DNA of 64,000 nucleotides. Source: the human T2T-CHM13v2.0 reference genome, Homo sapiens. The stretch is from the NCBI RefSeq assembly GCF_009914755.1, contig NC_060928.1. One strand, 5' to 3'. The notes under the pieces are model-generated. The model was not told the DNA's origin. It saw only the letters and a program-made list of their open reading frames with translations, and ran no database searches. Below are positions 26,426 to 39,650 of this stretch, one piece after another. The stretch's first letter is position 1. Each line of letters opens with the position of its first letter. The translations under genes were made by a program, and so were the position numbers.

Positions 26426-29400
26426 CAAAACGGTCATTGGATTTAGCAAGCAGGAGGTCATTGGTGTCCTTTGTGGGAACAGTTTCACCTAGGTCATGGA
26501 GGTAAAAGGCAGATTACATAAGGATGAGAAGTTAGTGAAAGCTGTGGCTGTGGTGACAGCATGTGTAGAAAACACTTTCAAGAGGTTAGCTATTAAAGAG
26601 AGTCGAGAAAGATGGTGCTAGACTGTATTAGGGCAAAAAGGACTTGAGCATGTTAATACGCTAATGGGCAGAAGCCAATGATGAATAAGAGGATAGTCAG
26701 TGGGAGGAGATTTTTAAGGATGTGGGAAGGAAGATTTGAGGTACAGCACTGATGGAAGCCTTAGCCTTTGCCAGAAAAAGAGAAGGAAGTAGTGATGATA
26801 GTCCAGTCACAGGTTGGGTAACAGGAGGTAGTGTGATAAGAGTTTTGAGATGCAAAGATGAGTATTACAGGATCCCAGTCTTCTTTCAGTTTGAGAGAGA
26901 GACAAAAAACAACACAAGCAAATAATTCCACTATTCAGGTCAAAGTAATAAATAATGTAAGAAACTTATAAGTCAAAGGCAGTGACTGGTACCTCAGAGA
27001 CTGGAAAGGTTGTTTCTGATTGGGGTGAAGTAGAATTGCATAAGGAAGTGAAAAACTGAGATGTGTCTTGAAATATGTGAAGAATTTGGAGGTGTAGGCC
27101 ATAGTATAGCACGAGAGTACTTTCAGCAAAGGAAACATATCAGTAAAGTGAAGGTGTGCAGAAAATGGTGAGTAGATAAGATTTGAATGAAATGGAAGAT
27201 ATGTAAAATAATAGCCAATAAATCTCAAAATATAAGTTGGAGCTTTATTGAGGAAAGCCATGCATATCAGGCCAAAGAGTTTGGCCTTGTTTTCAGCAGG
27301 CAGAAAGAAGTTACAGAAGAATTTTTTATAATGTTTAAAAAATGGAGCATTTGGGAATCAAATTAGAAAGGTTTGACAGCACACAAATATAAAGGCACGG
27401 AAAACCTTGACTGCTCCAAAAGTATACTCGGCATTCGATAAATATTGATTAATAAATATAGGGCTAGTTGGATGGGTGAACAAAGAAACACACAGACAGT
27501 CATTCTAACACTGGAATCAAGGGTTTACGTAGTCTTGCATTGACTACTTAATTATGTGAGCAGGCTGACTTCAGTTGCACCTCTGCTGTTTATGTCAAAC
27601 ATCAACAACATGTTCTCATTTATATAACAAACTGGTCCACAGTCCTTTAGTAGGCCAATTTAGTTGTCTAGCTTTACGACGGGAAAATGAACTTCTAGAC
27701 TTGTCAAAGTACACAATTTTCTAAATACAATTTACAAAGCGTGAACTGCCTTTGTATTTCTACATAATATAATATTAAATCAAAACAACGTTTGAAACTT
27801 CATTTTTTTTGAATGATTTAAAGGAGGAATAGAAAATTGTTATGTTAGTTTTTGAAAACCTTCCTTTACTTGCTAACTTTTACTAAGTTAATATACTTAG
27901 GAAATAATACTAAGGAAATATGTAAAAAAACAAACCATTTACTCTCAAAACTTTATAAAAAGATTTTTTTTTGTCAATTGTGAGAGCTTAGAAAAAACTT
28001 TAAGAAAGTATTACTGCTATTCCAATTTAATTTTAAAATGTCCCACAGCTTTTATAGAGAAAAAAGAACTACAGTATTTTCAATGGCATCATGATGACTC
28101 AGCCTTGCTTTATGAAATACATACTCTTTGATATTTCCAATTATTACCTCAAAGAGCTTGCAGAGGGGGCTGATTGATTTCCCTTTATCAGTTGTTGAAA
28201 GTGTACACTTGTGGGGCAATGTGTGGAAGAAGCTTGTCATTAAGTTGGAGGTTTGAAGCCTCCAACTAAAATGCTTTTATATTGCATTAAAATTTTGCTT
28301 CCTCAGAATTGTATTTCTTAAAGATAATGTTAATAATTAATTCCAAAGCCATATTTAATTATAAAGCATAATATGCCATAAGAGGTTGAGTAAATACTTT
28401 CAAAAATATTAGTCATAAACATCATAGTAAGAAAACAAAAAATTGCTCAAGTACTGCCTTAAGTATACTAAAATAATGGCAAACCATGACAAATTTAAGT
28501 TAATAAAGATATTTTTATATTCAGGTCAGCAACTGCAAATAAGAATGGAATGTAATTTGCAAATTTACTATGCCATTTGCATTAGCAAATATTAAAATAT
28601 GCACTTTAAATACAGTTGTGTAGACTGGGCAAGAATGTGTGAATACACAATGATACTGTTTCTTTGAGAACTTTAAGACACTCACATCTAATCTATGTGT
28701 GTGTATTTTTCCACACTTGAGGGTTTTATAATCTTTTTGTTAGGCACTTTATGTTTAGGGTTTTTATTTAACCCTCTACAAATTTTTTATTTCTGACTCA
28801 TGAAGCAAGTTCCCAGGATTCTGATTTTAAGGCATGTTTTTTAACTAAGATATTTTCTTTGTTGTCATTAAACCTATGAAACATATAGAAAATAAACTTA
28901 GAGAATTCAGCACTGAGACATCTTAAGTCTTTACAGAGATGCAACAATTTTCACAATATAAGCCTCCTAATGACATGGATTTTAAATGCTGTCATTTATA
29001 TAAAAATAAAAAAATTAGGAAAGTAATAAAGGAATTGTCTATCAGTTTTTATGATGTAACTTTCACTGGGTAAGTTTTAGAAATAGTTTTTTAAAGCCAT
29101 CACCCTCGTTCTTTTGAAACAATACTTCCATCTAGTGGACATTTTACTTAGGAAAAAACCTTTGATTTCAAATGTCAGTTTTTTCTTGTTATGAAATCAG
29201 CACTAAAGGAAAATAACAGGGACAATAGCAGAGATAATTTGTTCAAAATATTAAGCTCGCAAGGAACAAAATAGAAATCAAATGATTAAATTGTAAAACA
29301 AACCAAAGTATCTGCCTATATAAGACTTTCCTATGTTTAATACACTAAAAATTTGGTAAAAAATTGGCTAATTTATTGTAGAGAGCCAAACTAGATAACA

Positions 29401-30789
29401 CAGGCCCTGGAGTAACTGTAACCAGAACCAAACTAAAACTTGGATTTTTTTTTTTAAGATCTGGTATAGAAGCTTTGAAACATACAGGCCAATAGAGATC
29501 ATTCATTCATATATCAATTTTGGCAGCAACATTAACTGGGCTTCCATTACGTACTAGTCACTTTCTAACACCTGGCGGTACTGAAAATTGCTTCATTCAC
29601 ATAGTTCAAGAGGCTACCTATTAGTATCGGTAGTCTAAAATGAACTGTTGGAGGAATTTAAAGAAACCTTGGCCTCTGATGATACCTCTAACTTGAAACA
29701 CAGTAGCAAAACAGCCAATCAGTTCAGATGCTTCGTTCAAATATTAACCATCCGGATCATTCCAAAATGTTAGCATGGTTGGATATTTTTAATTGATTGT
29801 GCTGAGTGTTAGTTTTAACTGCATTATCTCTAAAAGCAGGTTGAAGGCCTGCAGTATAAACTTCTGAAAACATGGAATCACAGTTCTTGTGATTGTTATC
29901 ATGCTTTTCATGAACTTAAAACCAAAACCTCTACAAATGGTTCTTTAAAGTAGATTTAGAATTGATTTTATTTTATAAAAAGACCAATTTATTGATTGGA
30001 TCATTATTTACATTTATTTTGGTTTAAAATTAAAATGACTAAACTGAGTGAACCTTTAACAATGTGAAATCGGTTTGCAGATGCAAGGGTGTTGGGGTTG
30101 AGGAAGGATGTTTCTGAGTCTCTTTTACCCATTACATTCCTGGACAATGGATGGCTCAACCCAGAGCAAACAAACTGGCTACCAGGGCAGTCTAAGGTTA
30201 AATGGAATCTCTTTACCTCTTTTGCACACTCTGAGGCTTCCTAATTCTAGGGCTTCCTAATGTTTTTTCCTGGATTTAGACATGTGAGCTAGTATTCCTC
30301 CATTGATTCCCATATATCTTTCTGGTGACAAAATGCCACTTTGTAATTATAAAACAGTAGTTTAGTGATATGGTCCTAGAATGTCTTCTCTGTAGGCTTA
30401 AAAAGTTAATCATCCTTGCTCTTTCACTGGGATGGAGAGAGTCTTACCAAATGTCGTTGTTATCATTTCAGTACTTTTTCTTATATGGGCCGCAAAATAA
30501 TTCAGATATGAATAATCTTTAACCTCTAAAAACATATTCTCACTAATAGAAGTTATAACACAGATCTAAAGGTAAATCTGGTAGAATAGACCTTTTTGAG
30601 AATGAAATATTAAAAAGGTTAACAAACTGGGGAATGGTGTTGTGATCTATGTAAGCAATTGAAGTAAAACTCTTAAGAACCATTAGAGGAAAAAGTAGGA
30701 ACAAAGCCCCAGTGTGAGATAATGGGGTGAAGGAAGCAGCTTGAGATGAGATTAAGTCTTGTGGTTGAAATATGTGGCCATTTGGAAGT

Positions 30790-31030
30790 ATTACTAATGG
30801 CTAGCATTTACTATCCTCTTACGACGTGTCAGGCACTACACAATGCCTCAGACACTACACTAGTTGCTTTATTGTCTCATTCATTTTCACAACAGTGTGT
30901 GCAGCAGAAATTATTATTGATCCATTTAAGAGATGAAGAAACTGAACCAAGTTCACACAGAAATAGAAGCAGAAATGGTCACTTGCTGTCTAACTTCAAA
31001 CCCCAGGCTCATTCTACTTCTACAGCAAAA
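30790..31030 (-). mobile_element. MIR SINE
   Basis: taatggctagcatttact...gtgtcaggcact...ccatttaagagatgaagaaactga. Confidence 0.7.
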
Positions 31031-31114
31031 CTACTTTTTAACCCTACGATGAAATGCTGATACTTAGAACAGATGAAAAAATGCTTCATGGAAAGTAGTT
31101 GAAACTGTGAATTA

Positions 31115-31272
31115 CTCTACATGGAAAAGGCTTTTCTGCTCATAGCAATATTATTCCCAGTAGTTAAAAGGTGGAAATGACCCAAGGGTCCATAAACAGA
31201 AGAATGGAGAAACAAAATGAAGTGTATACATACAGTGAAAGATTATTGAGCCTTAAAAAGGAGTGAAGTTCT
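31115..31272 (+). mobile_element. Old L1 (L1MB/ME) fragment
   Basis: ctcatagcaatattattcccagtagttaaaaggtggaaatgacccaagggtccata...gccttaaaaaggagtgaagttct. Confidence 0.65.
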
Positions 31273-33096
31273 TTATATTTTTTACTTCATTAGTAAAATT
31301 ATTTCCTGCCAGACTTTAAGGTTTATGAAGGCTCACTCAACAACGTACACAGAAATGCACTCTAAAAAGTTGAAAAAATTACAAGTTTGTGAATAATATG
31401 TATCACTTTTCCATTTTAGTATGAAAACAATGATATGTAACCTACAGATAATGAGACAAACCATTTTACTGTGGTACCTTCAGTCCAATGAAATTGTAAT
31501 GTGTTATCAGGTAATGTGGGAAAGTGCCTGTCAAGTCATTTCAAAGAGAATTTCCAAAGTTGCTCCAAATGGGGTAATAGGAAACCCTTCCTCTATTTGC
31601 AGAAATGATATTATTTTATTAAGGCTGGCACACAACAGTGACAGTTGAAACTTGATTCTGGGACACTCTAGTTTCTTTCTCTCTTTTTCTGGGTGTATTA
31701 AAGTACACTTGACAAATAAAAATTGTATATATTTTAGGTATACAATGTGATGCTTTAATATACATGTACAATATGAATGATTACCATAATAAAGCAAACT
31801 AACATATCCATCATCTCCCATAGTTATAATTTTGTGTGTGTTTGGTGAGAAAACTTAAGATCAACTCTTTTAGCAAATTTCAAGTATAAAATACAGTATT
31901 TTAAACCATAGTCACCATAATGTTGTAAGATCTCCAGAACTTGTCATCACAAATAATTAAACCTTTGTACCCTTTAACCAACATCTCCCCAATTTTCCCC
32001 AATACCCAGACCCTGTAAATTACCATTCTACTCTCTGCTCCCATGAATTTGACTTATCGGATTTCACAAATAAGTGAGATTATGCAGTATTCCCCTTTCT
32101 GTTTCTGGCTTATTTCAGTTAGCATAATATCTTCCATGTTCATCCATGTTGTTGCAAGTGACAGAATTTCCTTCTTTTTAAAGACTGAATAATATTCCAT
32201 TATACATGTATACTAAGTTTTCTTTATCCATTCGTCCATCAACAGACACTTAGGTTGATTCCATGTCTTGGCTATTGTGAATACAGCTGCAAATAGGAGC
32301 CTGCAGGTATCTCATCAATATACTGATTTTACTTCCTTTAGACATATACCCAGAATTGGGATTATTTGATCATATGGTTATTCTATTTTTTTTTTTTGTA
32401 AAACTTCCACACTGTTTTCCATAGTCACTGTACTAATTTGCATTCCCATAAACAGTGAACAAGTATTCCTCTTGTTCCACATCCTTGCCAACACATGTTA
32501 TCTTTTGTTTTTTAATAACAGCCATTCTAACAGGTGTGAGGTGATATCTCATTGTGGTTTTGATTTGCATTTCTCTGTTTAGTGATGTTGAGCACTTTTT
32601 CATATAACTTTGGCTATTTGTATGTCATACTTTGAGAAATATCTATTTAGGTCCTTAGCCCGTGTTTTAATTGTATTGTTTGTTGCTGTTTTTGCCATTA
32701 AGTGTCATAAATTTTTTTATATTAACCCTTTATCAGATATACAGTTTGCAAATATTTTCTTCCATTCTTTAGGTTGCCTTTTCGCTATATTGATTGTTTC
32801 CTTTGCTGTGCAGGAGCTTTTAAGTTTGATGCAATTCCACTTGTCTATTTTTGCTTTTGTTACCTGTGGTTTTGGTGTCATCTCTCAGAAAATTATTGCC
32901 TGGACTCATGTCAAGAAGCTTTTTCTCTATGCTTTTTTCAAGTAGTCTTATGGTTTTTGTTCTTATCTTTAATTTTTTAATCTATTTTAAGATGATTTTT
33001 ATGCATGGTGTGAGGTAAGGATCCAATTTCATTCTTCTGCATAGGGATATCCAGTTTTCCCAACATCATTTATTGAAGAGACTATTTTTTCCCTAT

Positions 33097-33502
33097 TGCT
33101 ATTAAATATTGATGTCCCCTCCAAAATTAATGTTGAAAGTTAATCCCCAAATGTGAGAGTATTGAAAGGTGAAGCTTTTAAAAGGTAATTAGATGATTAG
33201 GGTTCATGGATTAATGAGTTAATGGATTAATAGGTTTTCATGGGGTCAGGGAAACTGATGGTTTATAAGAAAAGACAGAGAGACTTTAGCTAGCATGTTA
33301 ACATGCTTATCCTCCTCACCATGTGATATCTTGTACCATGTCAGGACTATTCAGAGAGTCTCTACCAGCAAGAAGCTCTCACCAGATACAGCCCCTCAAC
33401 CTTGGACTCTCAGCTTCTATGACTGAAAGAAACAAATTGTTTTTCTTTATAAATTACCCAGTTTCAGATATTGTTATAAGCAACAGAAAATGAGCTGAGA
33501 CA
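33097..33502 (+). mobile_element. MST-family (MSTC/MSTB2-like) MaLR LTR
   Basis: tgctat...cccctccaaaatt start; gattaatgagttaatggattaat; ends ttataagcaacagaaaatgagctgagaca. Confidence 0.8.
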
Positions 33503-33855
33503 TCAATGTAGTAATATTAAGAGGTGGGCCTTGCAGGAGATCATTAAGTCATGAGAGTGAAGGTCTTATGAATGGGATATAGTGCCCCTACTAAAGGTCT
33601 TAATGGAGGGAGTTCTTCTCTTTTGCCCTTCCACCTTCTTCCATGTGAGAACACATTATTTCTCCTCCTACACCCCAAAAGACACAGAGTTCAAGATGTC
33701 ATCTTGGAAGTAGGGACCAAACCCTCAACAGAAAAAGAACCTACTGGCACCTTGATCTTGGAGGTCACAGCATCTAGAACTATGAGAAATAAATTTCTAT
33801 TCTTTATAACTACTCAGTCTGTAGTTTGTTATAGCAGCACAAATGAACTAAGACA
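33503..33855 (+). mobile_element. Second MST-family (MSTD-like) LTR lacking its first ~50 nt
   Basis: gaggtgggccttgcaggagatcattaagtcatgag...gagaaataaatttct...ttatagcagcacaaatgaactaagaca. Confidence 0.8.
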
Positions 33856-35824
33856 CCCATTGTGTGTTCTTGGCACCACAGTGAAATCATCTACGGTCAT
33901 TGTAGTTGACCTTAGATGTATGGATTTATTTTTGCCCTCTCTATTCTGTTCCATTGATTTGTAAGTTTGTTTTTATGCCAGTACAATGTTGTTTTGATTA
34001 CTATAGCTTTGTAATATATTTTGAAATCAGAAAATGTGATGCCTCCAACTTTGTTCTTTTTGCTCAAGAATTCTTTGGCTGTTCAGGTTCTTTTGTGGTT
34101 CTATATACATGTTAGGATGTTTTTTCTATTTCTGTGAAAAATGTCATTGAAATTTTGATAGAGATAGCAATGAATCTGTAGAATGCTTTGGAAGGTATGA
34201 ATATTTTCACAATGTGATTTTTTTCCAATCCACAAACACAGCATGTCTTTCAATTTATTTGTGTCTTTAATTTCCTTCATTAGTGATTTATAATTTTCAA
34301 TGTGAAAGTCTTTCACCTTTATGATTAAGTTTATTCCTAAGTATTTCATTTTTTGTTTCTATTGTGAATGGGATTGCTTTCTTAATTTTCTTTTAGAAAG
34401 TTCCTTGTTTGTATATGGAAATACAACTAATCTTTGTATGTTGACTTTGTATACTGTAACTTTACTGAATTCGTATATTAGTTCTAATAGTTTTTCTGTT
34501 GAATCTTTAGGGTTTTCTGCACATATAATCATGTCATCTGCAAACAGGGATAATTTTACTTCTTCCTTTCTGATTTGGAGGACTTTTATCTCTTTTCTTT
34601 GTCTAATCGCTCTGGCTAGGATTTCCAGTAATATATTAAATAGAAGTGATGACAGTGGGCATCTTGGCCTTGGAATGAATCTTGGAGGGAAAGCTTTCAG
34701 ATTTTTCCCATTAATTATGATGTTAGCTCTGTACTTTCCATATATGGCTTTTGTTGTGTTAAGTTTCTTCTATTCTTATTTTGTTGGGAGTTTTAATCGC
34801 AAATGTCTGTTAAATGCTTTTTCTGCATCTACTGCTTTGATTATTATAGCTTTATAATACATTTTGAAATCAGAAAGTGTGGTTTTATTCTTTCATTTTG
34901 TTAATGTGGTGTATCACATTGATTAATTTGCATATTTGTTACCATTCTTTCATTGCAGGTGTAAATTCCACTTGGTCATGGTGTATAATCCTTTTAATGT
35001 GCTGTTGAATTTGGTTTGCTAATATTTTATTCAAGATGTTTGCATCTGTGTTAATCAGGGATACTGCTCCGTATTTTTCTTATCTTATAGTCTTGGTCTG
35101 GTTTTGGTATCAGGTTGATCCTGGCCACATACAATTAATTTGGAAATGTTATTTCTCTATTTTTTGGAAGAGTTTAAGATGGATTGGTATTAACTCATCT
35201 TTGAATGTTTGATGGAATTCACCTGTGAAGCCCTCTGGTCTTGGGTTTTCCTTCATTGGGAAGGTTTTGATCACTGATCCAATCTCCTTGTTTGTTATTA
35301 GTCTGTTTGTGTTTTCTATTTTTCCTTGAGTCAATTCTGCAAGATTGTATGTTTCTAGGAAGGTATCCATTGCTTCTAGATCATCTAATTTGTTGGTGTA
35401 TAATTTTTCACTATAGTCCTTTTTGATCCTTTTTATTTCTAAGCCATGCATTGTAGTGTTTCCTCTTTCATTTATGATTTTATTTATTTGAATCTTCTCT
35501 CTTTTTTTCTTAGTTGATCTAGCTAAGGGTTTGTCCATTTTGTTTAAAACACCAACTCTTAGCTTTGCTGATTTTTTCTATTGTTTTTGTATTTCCTGTT
35601 TGATTTATTTCTGCTTTAATCTTTATTAATTCTGTTATTCTGCTAACTTTGAGCTTAGTTTTTCTTTTTTTAGTTCCTTGTAATGTAAAGTTAGGTTGTT
35701 TGTTTGAGATATTTCTTCCTTTTTAATATAGCCATTTATTGCTATAAGCTTCACCTTTAGTACTGCTTTTGTTTTATCCTATATGTTTTGATATGCTGTA
35801 TTTTTGTTTTCATTTGTTGTGAGA

Positions 35825-36231
<407 letters not shown>

Positions 36232-36355
36232 TGATTTCTAGTTACATTTTAATTTTGTTAGAAAGGATACTTGGAATAACTTCAATCTTCTTAAAATTGC
36301 TAAGACTTGCTGTGTGACCAAACATGTGATCTATCCTGAAAAATGAGAAATAAGG

Positions 36356-36660
36356 TTTTTGTTTGTTTGTTTTCTTGAGATAGGGTCTTATTCTGTCATG
36401 GAGGTTAGAGTGCAGTGGCACAATCACTGTTCACTGCAGACTTGACTTCCTCAGTGCAAGTGATCCTCCCACCTCAGCCTCTCAAGTAGCTGAGTACCTG
36501 GGACTACAGGTGCCTGCCATCACTCCCAGCTAATTTTTGTGTTTTTTGTAGAGACAGGGTTTTGCCATGTTACCCAGGCTGGTCTCGAACTCCTGGGCTC
36601 AAGCAATCCTCCCATCTTAGCCTCCCAAAGCGCTGGGATAATAGGCATGCTCACACCCAG
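36356..36660 (-). mobile_element. AluJ-type SINE
   Basis: Reverse Alu with ctcctgggctcaagcaatcctccc; flanked by direct repeat tgagaaataa (36344 / 36661). Confidence 0.9.
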
Positions 36661-36925
36661 TGAGAAATAAAGGTGTTTTTTTTTTTTCTTTGAGATATAT
36701 TGCACAGCATGGTGGAAATAGTTTAAAAAATGAATTGTACATCTCAAAATTGCTAAGACATAAATACCAAATGTTTTCATCAGAAAAAAATAAGTATTTA
36801 TGTTAATGGACATGTTAATTAGCTTGCTTTAATTATTCCACATTGAATAACATCACTTTGTAACCCATAAATACATTCAAGTACAATTTATCATTTTACA
36901 ACTCAATATACAAGTTTTTAAAAAA
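36661..36925 (+). mobile_element. L1MA-type 3' end fragment inserted antisense to the host L1
   Basis: gagatatattgcacagcatgg...caaaattgctaag...atgttaattagcttg...aacatcactttgtaacccataaata. Confidence 0.75.
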
Positions 36926-39214
36926 GATTATGTGATTCTTCTGCTGTTGGTGGAAAGTTCTATATAGGTCTGGGAGGTCTATTTTGGTGTATATAGTGTT
37001 GTTTAGTTCTGCTGCTTATTGATTTTCTGCCTGGATGATCTATCTGCTACACAGATTGGGTTATTAAAGTCTTCTACTATTATTGTATTGCTCTTTATTT
37101 ATCTCTTCAAATCTGTTAAAGTTTGCTTTATGTATTTAAGTGCTTTGATATTGGGTGCATATATTTTTATAATTCTTATCTCTTCCTCTTGAATTGACAC
37201 TTTTATTTTTATGTAATGACCTTCTTTGTCTCTTATGACATTTTTTGACTTAAAATTTACTTTGTTTGATTTAAGTATAACCACTCCTGCTCTCTTTTGG
37301 TTACCATTTGTATGGAGTTCTTTTTTTTTTTTTTCCCACCCCTTCACTTTCAGACTATGTGTTCTTAAAGCTAAAGGCAGTCACTAGTAGGCAGAATATT
37401 GCTAGATCTTGTTTCTTTTTAAGTCCCTTAAGCTACTCCATATTTTTTGATTGGAGTATTTAATCTATTTATGTTTGAAGTACGTATGGATAGGTAAGAA
37501 CTTATTGTTGCCATTTTTTGAATTGTTCACTGACTGTTGTATTTTTTTTTGTTCCTTCTTGCTCTCTTTCTGTCTTTGTGATTTGAGGAATTTTTGTGAT
37601 GATATGCTTTGATTCCTTTCTCTTTTGAATATTTACTAGAGTTTTTAAAGTAGTTACCGTAAGTCTTACCTATAACATCTTTTAGTTATAGTTGTCTATT
37701 TTAAGCTGATAAGAATTTAACTTCAATTAGATACAAAAACTCTACACTTTTGTATCTCCCCCCTCATATTTCATGTTATTGGTGTCACAATTTACATCTT
37801 TTTATATTGTGTATCTATTAACAAATCACTTTATCCATAGTTATTTTTACTACCTTTGTCTTTTAACTTTTATACTAGAGTTTAAAAGTAATTTGTGCAC
37901 CACAATTACAGTATTGGAATATTCTGAATATTCTGAATTTGACTATACACTCATACACCAGTGAATTTTATATTTTTATATGTTTTCATGTTACTAATTA
38001 GCAGTTTTTCATTTGAACTTGAAGAACTCCCTTTAGCATTGCTCGTAAGGCAGATCTAACAGTTATGAACTGCTTCAGCTTTTGTTTATATGAAAAAGTC
38101 TTTATGTCTCCATTTCTGAAGGACAATATTGCTGAATATAATTTTCTTGATTGGCAGTTTTTTCCAGCACTTAAAATATATCATTCCACTTTCCCCTGGC
38201 TCACAAGGTTTCTATTAAGAAATTTATTCATGGCTGTATGGGGGTTCCATTTTAAGCGATGAATTGCTTCTCTCTTGCTGCTTTCAAAATTCTCTCTTTG
38301 GTTTTGGCTTTTCATATTTTAATTATAAGTATTTTGGTGTCATCTTCTTTGGGATGATTCTATTTAGGAACCTCTGAACTTCATGGATCTGATTGTTTAT
38401 ATCTCTCCCATGATTTGAGAAGTTTTTCTCAATTTTTTTCTTTAAATAAGTTTTTTTCCTTTCTCTCTCTTCTATTTTTTGAGATTCTGATCATGCATAC
38501 ATTGATTTCCTTGATGGTGTCCCACAAATTCTATGGACTGTCTTCTTTTTTCCTTCTGACTGGATATTTTCATATAATATGTCTTCAAGTTTACAAGTAA
38601 TCAAACTACCGGTAAGCAAAACACTGGACAAGAAGAAATGCACATTATTTCATGCACAATAAGGAAAGATTTTTTCTGAGCATGGATTTTTGAATTGATT
38701 GGAATTTTATGCAAAGAAATCTGCTTGCCCACAGTCCTTTGGGCAGGTAAAATTCCAAGAAGATGCAAAGAAGATGAAAGTGACTACTTTATTCTTTGCC
38801 TGTTTATTTGCTTGCATCTTCTTCCTTTGCTTTCTCTCATGTGAATTGTCTCTATTCACAGTGGCACAGGCACTGTGCTGGGGACTGCAAAATTAATTTC
38901 GGTGAACAGATTCTATGCTCATGAAATGCCCGTGTCATGGAAAGAGCCAAGAAAGGAAATGATTTTGCATCACGCATTAAATCTTGCTGCACAGTGATAC
39001 GGAGTGCTGTGAGAACACAGAAGATACAGCCACACAGAGGATATAGAACAGAAGATGGGGGCTGGGAATGGGGCTGTTCTCAAGGAGACAATGCATGAGC
39101 TTAATTTTGAAGGATAAATTCATGTATTCTTTTAACAGTCAAACATTTACTGAGGACTTGTATGCCAGGTATTTTTGGTTTTTTTTTTTTGTTTGTTTGT
39201 TTGTTTGGTTTTTG

Positions 39215-39366
39215 GCATGCATCAGTATCATCTGGAGGATTTGATTCAACACAGACTGCTGCTTGCTGAATCAAAAGGTCTGCAGTGGGGTTTGAGAATA
39301 TGTGTTTCTTGTATGTTTCTAGGTGATAGTGATATTGGTCCAAGAACCGTGCTTTGAGAGCCATTG
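39215..39366. mobile_element. MER5-type hAT-Charlie MITE
   Basis: gcatcagtatcatctggagg...ggtttgagaatatgtgtttct...ctttgagagccattg terminus. Confidence 0.7.
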
Positions 39367-39402
39367 CTTTAGACAGAGTAGTAAGAAAGGAGGGAAAGAC
39401 AA

Positions 39403-39650
39403 GCAGCACCATGGATCAGGTTGTGCAGTTCTGGCATGAAACAAAGGTACTAGGCTGGGCAGTGGGGTGGGAATGGGGCTTGCAATTCAGTCCAGACAGC
39501 ACTTGCCAAGCCTTGAGGGCTACATCCACTTAAGGGAAGGACCACCTGACTGTATTTTGTCTACCCAGAGAAACTCTTACAACATTTTCTGCCCTGTGGG
39601 TATGTCTTTTTATCATTGATCTGCCCAGAGGGACCATTTTTTTGTGGCAT
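39403..39650. mobile_element. MER91-like hAT-Tip100 MITE (tentative)
   Basis: caggttgtgcagtt...ggggcttgcaattcagtcc...cttgccaagcc...gcccagaggg resembles recalled MER91A. Confidence 0.4.

Larger units (their letters stand above)
25010..27330 (-). mobile_element. LINE-2 fragments with two nested Alus
   Basis: Purine-rich reverse L2 motifs (gagagcaagactggaggcagag, aatccaggtgggaaattatgatagtcttaaccagggcagtgg, cattggatttagcaagcaggaggtcattggtgtcctt). Confidence 0.7.

Noticed and set aside
28243-28267. Short hairpin agttggaggtttgaagcctccaact
   Set aside because: Only 9 perfect bp; expected by chance in 64 kb.
34321-34857. 178-aa hydrophobic ORF
   Set aside because: Antisense frame of decayed L1 ORF2.
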